Part shown: positions 1-8,417 of the stretch, piece by piece
How positions within the stretch are numbered: position 1 is the first letter of the stretch
Layout: every line of letters begins with the position of its first letter
NCBI RefSeq assembly: GCF_000022265.1
Contig: NC_011979.1
Location: 1,860,001 to 1,892,000 of the forward strand
Origin: Geotalea daltonii FRC-32
GTDB taxonomy: Bacteria; Desulfobacterota; Desulfuromonadia; Geobacterales; Geobacteraceae
Length of the DNA stretch: 32,000 bases
Direction: 5' to 3'
Position numbers and translations under genes: made by a program
The notes under the pieces: model-generated
The model's input: only the letters and a program-made list of their open reading frames with translations
What the model was told of the DNA's origin: nothing
The model's database searches: none

Positions 1-410
1 ATGACGTGACCACCTATCCGTACTTCCACAAGTCACTGCCTGCCAAAAGGGGCACAACCGACTTCAAGACCTGGACCATGGGCACGGCTGACAGCACCAT
101 CGGTAAGCAGGTCATGGGCGTTGCATTCAACTACAACCTGATCAACAGGGAGAAAGGCGCCCACGTCCATAACCGCGCTTACACACGTCGACTGATGTTT
201 GACGGGATCCAGTACCTGCAGAAGGGTGCAAATACTTACTCTACCTCCACAGGTTCCATTGGTGGAACCGCTGACCCCAATGCCCAGCTATCCTTCACGG
301 GATACTCAACGGCAGTGGCTGCAGGAACTCGTCCGGCTAACCCTGTCAGCATTTCAACCCTCAAAGGCTGGCTGCTGAGATCGTCCGGTGGTCTGTACTA
401 CAGAAGGTAA
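1..410 (+). CDS. 3' end of an outer-surface multihaem cytochrome gene (5' part lies left of the window). Its C-terminal domain is paralogous to that of the 4016..6268 product.
   Basis: The reading frame (codon phase from nt 3) is open to the window edge and stops at TAA 408-410. The tail shares ordered blocks with the C-terminus of the 750-aa cytochrome: YPYF, T(x)W, AFNxxxI, A(H/A)VHNxxY and AGTRPA. No haem motif lies in the visible 135 aa. An intrinsic terminator follows. Confidence 0.55.
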   Translation, partial: DVTTYPYFHKSLPAKRGTTDFKTWTMGTADSTIGKQVMGVAFNYNLINREKGAHVHNRAYTRRLMFDGIQYLQKGANTYSTSTGSIGGTADPNAQLSFTGYSTAVAAGTRPANPVSISTLKGWLLRSSGGLYYRR

Positions 411-433
411 TATTGTTTATCTGCTGTAACTAG

Positions 434-466
434 AAACCCCGCTTCGCAAGAAGCGGGGTTTTTTTA
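434..466 (+). terminator. Rho-independent terminator
   Basis: Hairpin CCCCGCTTC (437-445) / GAAGCGGGG (450-458) with loop GCAA, followed by a T7 run at 459-465. Confidence 0.85.
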
Positions 467-532
467 TCGCTGAGGATCTTTTTCTGTGCAAATCTTTGGG
501 CCGCGGATAAAATAGGTTCTGCGGCAGAAAAT

Positions 533-1672
533 ATGAGCGATACCTTCAAAAAAAATAGCGCGGTCTGTGCTGCCTTCGGGCTATCCCTGGCTCTGCATGT
601 GGCCCTGTTTTTCCCGTTTACCGATTACGGCAGCTACAACTTTGCCAGGCCAGTGTCTTCGGCCGGAGCGGTCATGGTCGATCTGGCAATGGCCCAAGGT
701 AAATCAGCGGCCAAGTCCCATGTGGCTAAAACATCATCGGCCGGTGCAAAAGCCTGGAAGCCTTCAGTGTCTCGTGCAGCACTCTTCCACGACACACATG
801 CAGATCAAGAAGCGCTTTCCGGTGGACCTGCTGCCGAGCAAACCACTACCATCCCTGCAGACCAAGCAGCATCGAAAAAAGAAACAAGCACCGAGCACCT
901 TTCCAAGCCCCTGCTGCAAGAATTGCCTCCTCCCCTGCGCACGGCCGGCGAGTTCACCACCACATCCCATGAACGGCTCAACTACCGCATCAGCCTTCTG
1001 GGAATGCCCATCGGCGTTGCCGAACTGGAGGCGAAAAACGACAAAGGGGAAATGAAAATTTCCCTGAAGGTAAAATCCACTCCTGCCATTTCCGCCGTTT
1101 ACCCGGTCGATGACCTGATCGAGACCCGCCACATCGCCGGCAACTTCATCATTACCAAGATCAAGCAGCAGGAAGGGAACTTCAGGAGCCATCGGGGCTT
1201 CACCATCTTTCTACGTGACAAGAGTGTCTTCTGGATCGACCTTTTGCGCAATCGCAGTAGCAGGGAAACCATTCCCAATTCCCAGGTGCTCGATCTCATG
1301 TCTGCCTTTTATTACCTGAGGAACCGTCCGCTGCAGATCGGCAGCACGGAAGAGCTCCATGTTTATGACAGTGATACCTATGCTTCGGTCCCGGTGGAAA
1401 TCCTCCGTCGCGAGCGGATCAGCCTGCCCGGATTCAGGCACTCGGAAACGCTGGTGGTGAAGCCCAACCTGAAGACCGACGGCATCTTCAAGAGAACCGG
1501 CGATGTGACCATCTGGCTTACTGACGACGACTACCATGTGCCAGTGCGCATGGAAACAAGCATACCCCTCGGCAAGATCACGGCAGAACTGGTTTCGTCC
1601 CAGGTGGACAAGCTGGAACCGGCTACACCCATTACTTCCGCCCCCCCGTTACCCAAAGGGGTAACGCCCTAA
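533..1672 (+). CDS. DUF3108-domain protein with an N-terminal membrane anchor and a low-complexity linker
   Basis: 379-aa ORF. There is an N-terminal hydrophobic helix (AVCAAFGLSLALHVALFFPF) and an Ala/Ser/Lys-rich linker. The C-terminal ~230 aa (NYRISLLGMPIGVAELEA ... IWLTDDDYHVPVRMETSIPLGKITAELV) has the pattern I associate with DUF3108. No clear SD precedes the ATG. Confidence 0.5.
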   Translation: MSDTFKKNSAVCAAFGLSLALHVALFFPFTDYGSYNFARPVSSAGAVMVDLAMAQGKSAAKSHVAKTSSAGAKAWKPSVSRAALFHDTHADQEALSGGPAAEQTTTIPADQAASKKETSTEHLSKPLLQELPPPLRTAGEFTTTSHERLNYRISLLGMPIGVAELEAKNDKGEMKISLKVKSTPAISAVYPVDDLIETRHIAGNFIITKIKQQEGNFRSHRGFTIFLRDKSVFWIDLLRNRSSRETIPNSQVLDLMSAFYYLRNRPLQIGSTEELHVYDSDTYASVPVEILRRERISLPGFRHSETLVVKPNLKTDGIFKRTGDVTIWLTDDDYHVPVRMETSIPLGKITAELVSSQVDKLEPATPITSAPPLPKGVTP

Positions 1673-1712
1673 ACAACTCAAAGCTCTCTTCTTCACCTTC
1701 AATCCCCGTTTT

Positions 1713-1796
1713 ATTCGTGTCCATTCGTGTCATTCGTGGCTACAGCATGCCTTGAAAAGCTTTTTTTTGCCACTAATTTCACGAATCTGCACGAAT
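1713..1796 (+). promoter_or_regulatory. Heptamer-repeat operator array bracketing a weak sigma70-like promoter
   Basis: ATTCGTG occurs at 1713-1719, 1723-1729 and 1732-1738. The inverted form CACGAAT occurs at 1780-1786 and 1790-1796. Between them lie TTGAAA (1752-1757), a 16-nt spacer and TAATTT (1774-1779). The array sits ~170 nt upstream of the beta-barrel gene start. Confidence 0.4.
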
Positions 1797-1964
1797 GTTA
1801 ACATCTAAATTAAACTGATTAACACCTACCTTCCGTAACTAGGAAAATAATTTTCCCGAGTGGTGGAATAATAGAGAAAGGATGGTAAATTAGTACAAGC
1901 AAATTAAGCGTAACTAATTAAATGAGCTGTCGTTCTACCAATAATGGAAAGGAGGGTTCACTGA

Positions 1965-3191
1965 ATGGGCTACAAAAGGGTCTGGCATTGGTTGTTACTG
2001 GTCTTTCTGCTGAGCGGGACAAACGGCTGGGCAGCGGAAATACATGGCCGCAGTTCCACCCAGGTGCTCTGGTTCAATGACTTCTATAACGGTCGCCAGA
2101 TTGAAGCAGCCGAGTATCTTCGTCTTTCTGCAACAAAGCTGACCAGTGACGGCAAGTTTTCCATTTACGGCTATGGCCGAGGAACACAGGACTTTACCAA
2201 TGGCGAGGGGCTGAATGGGCGCCTATACTTTCTGTATGGCGACTATCGCGATCTGCTGAATGTACTCGATGTGAAGGTCGGCCGTCAGTTCGTCAACCTT
2301 TCAGCAGGAACCACCATTATCGATGGTGGCGAACTGATCGTGAAGAATATCGGTCCTGTTGGCCTGACGGTACTGGGAGGCCGTGATGTGGTTTTCGGGA
2401 TCGACGGCGAGTTGGGGCATGCCGGAAACTATGCCTTTGGCGCTGCGGCTTACCTGAACGGCCTGAGAAAGACCGACCTTGATATAAGCTGGCTTCGCAA
2501 ATGGGATTCGGGTGATGTTTCCCGTGACATCATGGGGGCGTCCTTCAAGCAGTATCTGCTGGACCGGGTGAAACTTTACGGCAATGCGCGCTATGACCTG
2601 ACTGCCGAGGTATTCAACGAGGTTCTCGGGGGGGTCAAATATTTTCCCTCTGCCAATCTGGTGCTGACCGGAGAATGGTTCCAGAGCTACCCCACCTTTG
2701 ATACCACCGATATCTTTTCCGTCTTTGCCGCCGACAGATACCAGGAAGGGGTTATTCGGGCAGATTACACAATCAACAAAATGCTGTCGGTCTATGGTGG
2801 CTATATCAGGGAGGAGTTCGGTGACGGTGCCAGCGCCAACGTCATCGAAGCCGGGATCAACTTGCGGCCGCTGCCCGATCTGCAGCTCACCTTCGAATAC
2901 GACCGGCGTGTCGGTATCGGCAGTGATGACAGCAAGCTGGACGGCGGGCTGTTCGAGGCGGCGTGGGATATGACCAAAGCCTTTCAGCTGGCAGGCGGTT
3001 TGAGTGTCGATGCCTATGATCGTGAAATCTTCCACAGCTCGACGGGTGAGCAGATTGCGCAGAAATACTGGCTCGGCAGCAGGCTGAAGCTGGCAAACAA
3101 TATGAGTGCCTCTCTGCGCATCGAAGATGACATCAATGTGACCTACAACAACAACGTTCAAGGACGTTTCATCTTTAATTACGATTTCTAG
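1965..3191 (+). CDS. Porin-like outer-membrane beta-barrel protein of a porin-cytochrome (Pcc) module (OmbB-like by position and architecture)
   Basis: SD AAAGGAGGG at 1948-1956. Signal peptide MGYKRVWHWLLLVFLLSGTNGWA|AE. Sequence is Gly/Tyr/Asp-rich with alternating beta-strand patterns and a terminal aromatic (..FIFNYDF). A periplasmic multihaem cytochrome gene starts 9 nt downstream. Confidence 0.7.
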   Translation: MGYKRVWHWLLLVFLLSGTNGWAAEIHGRSSTQVLWFNDFYNGRQIEAAEYLRLSATKLTSDGKFSIYGYGRGTQDFTNGEGLNGRLYFLYGDYRDLLNVLDVKVGRQFVNLSAGTTIIDGGELIVKNIGPVGLTVLGGRDVVFGIDGELGHAGNYAFGAAAYLNGLRKTDLDISWLRKWDSGDVSRDIMGASFKQYLLDRVKLYGNARYDLTAEVFNEVLGGVKYFPSANLVLTGEWFQSYPTFDTTDIFSVFAADRYQEGVIRADYTINKMLSVYGGYIREEFGDGASANVIEAGINLRPLPDLQLTFEYDRRVGIGSDDSKLDGGLFEAAWDMTKAFQLAGGLSVDAYDREIFHSSTGEQIAQKYWLGSRLKLANNMSASLRIEDDINVTYNNNVQGRFIFNYDF

Positions 3192-3200
3192 AAAGGGGGT

Positions 3201-3980
3201 ATGGCGGTGAAAAACTGGTTTTTTGTCTTTCTGCTGATTTCCTTGCCGGCTGTCTATGTGCAGCAGGCAGTCGCCCAGAAGGAGTCCCACCGGGATTATG
3301 CTTCCATGAAAGTTGTCGAGTGCAACGACTGTCACAAGAATGAGGGGGTCGCACTCAATCACGATGCCGACTGGCTGCGGGGGCACCGGCTGCCGGCCCA
3401 GAAGGGCGCCTCCAACTGCGGGCAGTGCCATGATCAGTCCTATTGTCTTGACTGCCATACGGGGGGAGGCATCAATGCCGATCTTTCAACCCAGAATTAC
3501 CGGCGGGATTATATCCCCAAAAGTCACAAGAGCGACTGGATAGAGATCCATCCCATAAAGGCCCAGGACAATCCCCAGTCCTGCACCCGCTGTCATGACC
3601 AGAAAAACTGCCAGGATTGCCATTCCCGGTACCGGTCCACAGACCTGCAGTTCCAGTCCCACCGGCGCCAGTTCCGGGACATCAAGGTCAGCGATATCGG
3701 CCCGAACCATGCCATCTTCACTACCGCCCAATGTCCCACATGTCACCAGGGGGGGATTCTGCCGAGCCATCAATGGTCATCGGATCATGCCTCGGAGGCG
3801 CGGCGCAATCTGCAGTCCTGCGGTACCTGCCACAGTGACGGCGATGTCTGCATGACCTGCCATAGCGCGCGCACCGGTCTCAAGGTCAATCCCCATCCAC
3901 GGAACTGGAACGGTGTCAAGGGCAACTACAGGGACAAGAGCAGCGGCAGGACCTGCGTCCGCTGCCATGACAGATTTTAA
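3201..3980 (+). CDS. Periplasmic multihaem c-type cytochrome with 9 CXXCH motifs (OmaB-like)
   Basis: SD AAGGGGG precedes the ATG and a signal peptide is present. Motifs: CNDCH, CGQCH, CLDCH, CTRCH, CQDCH, CPTCH, CGTCH, CMTCH and CVRCH in 259 aa. Confidence 0.85.
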   Translation: MAVKNWFFVFLLISLPAVYVQQAVAQKESHRDYASMKVVECNDCHKNEGVALNHDADWLRGHRLPAQKGASNCGQCHDQSYCLDCHTGGGINADLSTQNYRRDYIPKSHKSDWIEIHPIKAQDNPQSCTRCHDQKNCQDCHSRYRSTDLQFQSHRRQFRDIKVSDIGPNHAIFTTAQCPTCHQGGILPSHQWSSDHASEARRNLQSCGTCHSDGDVCMTCHSARTGLKVNPHPRNWNGVKGNYRDKSSGRTCVRCHDRF

Positions 3981-4015
3981 ACAAAGATAAATATACTGGA
4001 AAGGAGGAATCATCA

Positions 4016-6268
4016 ATGGGCAGAAGCGTATCGTTGCAGTTGTTCCTTGCCGTTTTCCTGGTGTCCGGGTTGCTTGGCGGCTGCGGCTCGTCCAAGAAAG
4101 AAGGTGAGCAACAGACTCAGGTGAGTGCCCCAACCAAAGTGGGTTCCGAAAGCTGTACCAACACCTGCCATAGTACCACCAGGGATATTACCGGCAATAT
4201 CATCGCCCAGACCTGGGCAAATACCACCCATACGACCGTGCAGGGTGTCCAGTGCGAGGATTGTCACGGCGGCGGCAGCATGCACTGGGGGGTCGGGCCG
4301 ATGCCGTTCCCCATTCCCCAGGCCGAGCAATGCAGCCAGGCCAGCTGTCATGCCTCTTTCCTTTCGGGCTTCAATCAGACCGCCCATGCCAACACCCACG
4401 CGGAAGGGGCGCCTTTCGGGCCTGACAAGTTTTTCTTCCAGGGAGACCCCGGCAGCGGCCAGGCAAGTCTGAGAACAAGAAACGGGGCTGATATTCAGGA
4501 GGTTACGCCGACCGGTCAGCCTGTGAACAAATCCCAGCACATTGTGGAATGCTCGGTCTGCCATAATCCCAACCAGCGTTTCGTCGCCTACAGTACGAAC
4601 CTTTTCAGGCCCGCCCAGAGGGTCTTCACCAGCAGTGATTCTCAGGACCAGGACGGGGAAAGCAATTTCTTCCAGAGCCGCTACATCAACCCTGCGGTTT
4701 CCTGTGCCGGTTGCCACGATGCCCATCAGCCCCAGCAGATGGTCAAAATCCCCCAGCGTAGCAACCAGGTCGGTTACCCCATCTACCGACGCTACAGCAC
4801 CCCTGAACTGGGCAGAATCCAGGGAACCGTCTTTCAACCAAATGGGGTAGTGCTTACCGGAGTCCCAGTTGCCGGCGCCGCCACCAACAACAATGAAGTC
4901 AGCCCGGAACTACTCTGCGCTGCCTGCCATACGGTCAGCAAATACAAGTTCTCCAACCTTTCCACCCACCAGGATAACGTCTATCCCCAGTGGACCCATT
5001 CGGGACACGGTGAAAGAGAAAAGCCGGCCTGGGCCGAGTTTTCGGCAAACCCTGCAGGATACATCAATCCACTTACAGGACTCGCTTATACTGATCTCGG
5101 CCATGCCACCAGCTATCCCGTCGATATGGCACTCAGGAGTTATGGCGCCACCGCAAGTGCAACGAGCAATCAGGGTAACAACAATTTTGCCTGCTTCAAA
5201 TGCCACAACGGCCTCACCTCAATTGCATACCAGAAAAATATCCAGGGAACACCGGCAGCGCCGGTAGTTTTCGGAGATGCCAGTGCTACCTGCATCACCT
5301 GCCACGATCCCCACCAAAAAGGCACCTTTGCCGGCGGGGCAAATACCACCAGCAACATCCGGGTTCCGGTGGCAATGACCAATTACTCAACTGTCAACGT
5401 CAAGGTCTTCGGCAATGTCTTTCTGGACAACCAGCCGATCCCCCAGAACAATGCCAACGAGACCATCTGCATTTTCTGTCACCAGGGCCGGGAGAGCGGC
5501 TTTACTCTCTACCGCGCCAAGCTGGCTCCGGGTAAATCAGCCGCCGGTTCCTTCTTCAATCCCCATTACCTGGGTACCGCCGCAATGCTGTGGGGAGCCA
5601 ACGGTTACGAATTCAGCGGAAAATCCTACAGTGCCAATGTGGCCCACCAGCAAGCAAACTGTGCCAGCTGCCACATGGATAATGCCACTGAAGACAACAC
5701 CATCGGCGGACATAGCTGGAATCCGAACGTTGCTTCCTGCAATACCTCCAGTTGCCACGGCGGAGGAGTCGGCCCAGCTGTTGCGGCAAAACCGGGCACC
5801 GCCGCACCTGAGGTCAACGCTTACCGGGCTGCCTTCGATACCAGCGATTATGACGGCAGCGGTGCTCTTGAGCCGATAGCAGTTGAAATAAAAGGCCTTC
5901 AGGACAAACTTATCGCCCTCCTTGCCGCCAACGGCATTTTCTACACGGATCTCAAGTATCCCTATTTCTTTGCTGATCCTGCCTTTACCACCAACTACAC
6001 GGCCTGGAACACGGCGACCGGAGGTACAACAGCTTTCAAGGCTGCGTTCAATCTGCAATTCATCATCAAGGGGCTACCATCCGCGGCGACATCTCAAACG
6101 GCTGTGCCCAATGCTTCTGCAGCCGTGCATAACTACAAATACATTATCCAGTTGCTCCGCGATTCATACGAGGAATACAATGCGGTGGCAGCAGCCAAAG
6201 GGGCAACCCTTTCCGGTGTAAGGCCGGCGGGTACAAGACCTGCAACTGTCTATGGTCCGGGTCAGTAA
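4016..6268 (+). CDS. Outer-surface lipoprotein multihaem c-type cytochrome (OmcB-like)
   Basis: SD AAAGGAGG. Lipoprotein signal with lipobox LLGG|C23. There are 8 canonical CXXCH motifs (CEDCH, CSVCH, CAGCH, CAACH, CFKCH, CITCH, CIFCH, CASCH) plus CTNTCH (CX3CH), CSQASCH and CNTSSCH (both CX4CH). At 750 aa, its size and position after the porin and periplasmic cytochrome match the Geobacter omcB arrangement. Confidence 0.85.
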   Translation: MGRSVSLQLFLAVFLVSGLLGGCGSSKKEGEQQTQVSAPTKVGSESCTNTCHSTTRDITGNIIAQTWANTTHTTVQGVQCEDCHGGGSMHWGVGPMPFPIPQAEQCSQASCHASFLSGFNQTAHANTHAEGAPFGPDKFFFQGDPGSGQASLRTRNGADIQEVTPTGQPVNKSQHIVECSVCHNPNQRFVAYSTNLFRPAQRVFTSSDSQDQDGESNFFQSRYINPAVSCAGCHDAHQPQQMVKIPQRSNQVGYPIYRRYSTPELGRIQGTVFQPNGVVLTGVPVAGAATNNNEVSPELLCAACHTVSKYKFSNLSTHQDNVYPQWTHSGHGEREKPAWAEFSANPAGYINPLTGLAYTDLGHATSYPVDMALRSYGATASATSNQGNNNFACFKCHNGLTSIAYQKNIQGTPAAPVVFGDASATCITCHDPHQKGTFAGGANTTSNIRVPVAMTNYSTVNVKVFGNVFLDNQPIPQNNANETICIFCHQGRESGFTLYRAKLAPGKSAAGSFFNPHYLGTAAMLWGANGYEFSGKSYSANVAHQQANCASCHMDNATEDNTIGGHSWNPNVASCNTSSCHGGGVGPAVAAKPGTAAPEVNAYRAAFDTSDYDGSGALEPIAVEIKGLQDKLIALLAANGIFYTDLKYPYFFADPAFTTNYTAWNTATGGTTAFKAAFNLQFIIKGLPSAATSQTAVPNASAAVHNYKYIIQLLRDSYEEYNAVAAAKGATLSGVRPAGTRPATVYGPGQ

Positions 6269-6293
6269 GGAGTTTTTTTGAGAATGGAACAGC

Positions 6294-6326
6294 AAAAAGC
6301 CCCGAGGTTTCTTTCGGGGCTTTTTG
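6294..6326 (+). terminator. Rho-independent terminator (A-tract/T-tract flanked, potentially bidirectional)
   Basis: AAAAAGCCCCGA (6294-6305) pairs with TCGGGGCTTTTT (6314-6325) around an 8-nt loop. It lies 26 nt after the cytochrome stop codon. Confidence 0.85.
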
Positions 6327-6371
6327 CATTGAATCGAACACAAATCCGATTCGTTTTGCTATAGTAAGACC

Positions 6372-6944
6372 ATGGGATGGGTAATTGCCTTCATAGCCGT
6401 GATGCTGGCGGCATCGCCTGCTGCCGCTATCGACCTGGGTGCACCGAAACTGTCGGAAAGCCTGGCGTCTCGCAAATTTTTCGACCCTGACCGCTATCTC
6501 CTGTCGGTAGCGGATAAATACCAGGTCCTACGGGGATATACCCTGCAGCCGCAGGTGGGCCTGGGCTATGTGGCCAGAGAAAGGGAGGCTGGAGTCGGGT
6601 TTGACGAATCTCTCCATAAGATCCAGGCCCACGCAGGGGGCAGGCTCGATCTGGACAACCGGTTCTACTTTTCAGCCGCAGCCAAGCTTCCTGTCTATAC
6701 CTATGGCCTCACTGATACCAGGCTCGGCCTCTTTTCTTCCCAAAACCCTTCTTCGGTTCACAGGTACGATTTTGCCCATCTTTCTTCTTCCAATCTGCTC
6801 TGGACCGGGGAATTGGGCATTCACCTGGGCCTTGGCGCCGATCTGACTATCTATTACGATCAGAACGCCTTCGACCTCTATGAGGCAGGACGCACTCTTT
6901 CCGAAGAACGGATCGGCACGCGCATCATCTTCAGGTTCAAGTAA
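6372..6944 (+). CDS. Small secreted, beta-rich hypothetical protein (possible small outer-membrane barrel)
   Basis: 190-aa ORF with signal peptide MGWVIAFIAVMLAASPAAA|ID. It has Gly/Tyr/Leu alternating segments and ends with RIIFRFK. No family was recognised and the SD is weak. Confidence 0.4.
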   Translation: MGWVIAFIAVMLAASPAAAIDLGAPKLSESLASRKFFDPDRYLLSVADKYQVLRGYTLQPQVGLGYVAREREAGVGFDESLHKIQAHAGGRLDLDNRFYFSAAAKLPVYTYGLTDTRLGLFSSQNPSSVHRYDFAHLSSSNLLWTGELGIHLGLGADLTIYYDQNAFDLYEAGRTLSEERIGTRIIFRFK

Positions 6945-7145
6945 TCCCTTGAAAAACTGCTGCGGGCTGATCTGCTGCGTTGTCGCTCGCTACACTGTGT
7001 CGTTTCGTCCCATCGCTCACTCGATCCTTGCATATCTGCCCCATCGATACGTTTTTCGTGCTCGGCCAGCTGTTTCCCCCGCTTGTGCAGCCAACCTTCC
7101 CTGATATAATAGAATGAATTTAAATTAATCCTCTGAGGTTACGTC

Positions 7146-7781
7146 ATGATCGAGATCACCGATCCCCGTATCGATAAATATATAATGGGCCTTGCTCCCG
7201 AATCCGATTCCCTGCTGCTGGAAATGGAAAAGAAGGCAAAGGCAAGCGGCTTTCCCATCGTCGATCCATTGGTGGGGAGGCTGCTTTATCTGCTCACCCG
7301 CCTGAAACAGCCGGCGCTTATCGTGGAGATGGGCTCAGGCTTCGGTTATTCCGCCTACTGGTTTGCCAAGGCCCTGAGTATCCGCGGCAAAATCGTTCTT
7401 ATCGATAAGGAGGAAGCACACATATCCCATGCGCGGAAGGTCTTCAGCGATTCGGATCTTTTTGACCGGGCCGAGTTCAGGGTAGGGGACGCCCTGCAGG
7501 TCGCCAGGGAATACCAGGGGATAGATCTTCTTTTCATCGATATTGACAAGCATCAGTATCTCGATGCCGTCATGGCCATTGCCCCCATGCTGGCCAAGAA
7601 TGCCCTGGTCATTGCCGATAACAGCCTTTGGCACGGCAATGTTGCCGAAGGAATGACGGACAGGGACACGGTCGGAATCGACAAATTCAACCGCCACATG
7701 TTCAGCAGCAATGATTTTTTCACTTCGATCGTCCCCCTGCGCGATGGGGTTCTGCTTGCCTACAAGCTGACGGAGAGCTGA
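7146..7781 (+). CDS. Class I SAM-dependent O-methyltransferase (family 3, caffeoyl-CoA O-methyltransferase-like)
   Basis: SAM motif VEMGSGFGYSAYWFA, then GKIVLIDKEEAHISHAR and DLLFIDIDKHQY, typical of O-methyltransferase family 3. GAGG lies 9 nt upstream of the ATG. Confidence 0.75.
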   Translation: MIEITDPRIDKYIMGLAPESDSLLLEMEKKAKASGFPIVDPLVGRLLYLLTRLKQPALIVEMGSGFGYSAYWFAKALSIRGKIVLIDKEEAHISHARKVFSDSDLFDRAEFRVGDALQVAREYQGIDLLFIDIDKHQYLDAVMAIAPMLAKNALVIADNSLWHGNVAEGMTDRDTVGIDKFNRHMFSSNDFFTSIVPLRDGVLLAYKLTES

Positions 7782-7790
7782 AAAAGCGTC

Positions 7791-8417
7791 ATGGCGCCAT
7801 TTGATATTCTGCGGCTGAATCGGGATGAACTGCCGAGCGAGACCCAGGCCATGGCCCGATTTCTCATCGGCAAAACATTGGTTATGGATCATGATGGAGC
7901 GAGGCTCAGCGGGCGCATTGTCGAAACGGAAGCATATCCCCCCGGAGATGCGGCAGGTCGGGCATTCAGTGGGGAAAGCCGGGCAAACCGTTCCCTGTAT
8001 ATGAATTATGGCCATGCCTTTGTCTATCTCATTTACGGACGTTACCACATGTTGAACGTGGTCAGCGAGCAGCCCGGAATCGGGGCTGCCGTCCTCTTGC
8101 GTTCGCTGGAACCACTGGAAGGCGTCCGGCTCATGGAAGAGCGTCGCGGAACGACCCGGCTTCAAGATCTGGCGCGGGGACCCGGCAGGCTGACGGCAGC
8201 CCTTGGCATCGACAGGCGTCATGACGGTATCGATCTTCTGGATAACCGAAATCTGTGGCTGGGCAGGGAAATAAGGTCTGTGACGCATATGGGCATGAGC
8301 GCCCGCATAGGCTTGACCAGGGAGGTTAATCGGCTTTGGCGGTATTACGAGGTAGGCAGTTCCTTTGTCAGCGGCACTCGGGGTATGAACAGGTTCTTGA
8401 CTGAAATGACATTGTGA
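7791..8417 (+). CDS. mpg: DNA-3-methyladenine (alkylpurine) glycosylase, Mpg/AAG family
   Basis: Motifs: LIGKTLV, GRIVETEAYPPGDAAGRAF, NRSLYMNYGHAFVYLIYGRYHMLNVVSE, AAVLLRSLEP and GPGRLTAALGI. The gene starts 9 nt after the methyltransferase gene. Confidence 0.85.
   Translation: MAPFDILRLNRDELPSETQAMARFLIGKTLVMDHDGARLSGRIVETEAYPPGDAAGRAFSGESRANRSLYMNYGHAFVYLIYGRYHMLNVVSEQPGIGAAVLLRSLEPLEGVRLMEERRGTTRLQDLARGPGRLTAALGIDRRHDGIDLLDNRNLWLGREIRSVTHMGMSARIGLTREVNRLWRYYEVGSSFVSGTRGMNRFLTEMTL

Noticed and set aside
426-1916. Repeated octamers GTAACTAG (426-433, 1835-1842) and CGTAACTA (1834-1841, 1909-1916).
   Set aside because: Pairs of 8-mers are expected many times by chance in 32 kb, and there is no consistent spacing or symmetry.
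1797-1964. Looked for a GEMM-I/GEMM-Ib (c-di-GMP / cGAMP) riboswitch in the long leader of the cytochrome operon, since these precede exoelectrogenesis genes in Geobacter.
   Set aside because: No ACGCAAAGC-type core and no paired P1/P2 hairpins with a tetraloop-receptor layout were seen. The leader is simply AT-rich, with one DNA palindrome.
2301-3458. 385-aa ORF antisense to the beta-barrel and periplasmic cytochrome genes.
   Set aside because: The plus-strand ORFs have SDs, signal peptides, an OMP terminal Phe and CXXCH motifs. The minus-strand product is a Gly/Pro/Val/Gln-rich antisense artefact with no start context.
4013-4837. 274-aa ORF antisense to the 5' part of the 750-aa cytochrome gene, plus the many 60-170-aa ORFs on either strand within 4016..6268.
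   Set aside because: The plus-strand frame carries the lipobox and 11 haem motifs. The alternatives are Arg/Ala/Gly/Pro-rich shadows typical of GC-rich coding DNA.
6945-7145. 200-nt spacer with loosely repeated CGCTC(G/A)CT and CGTTT(T)TCGT elements and a TATAAT at 7105-7110. I considered a small RNA or gene remnant.
   Set aside because: No stable hairpin, terminator or recognisable RNA motif is present. It is probably just the methyltransferase promoter region.
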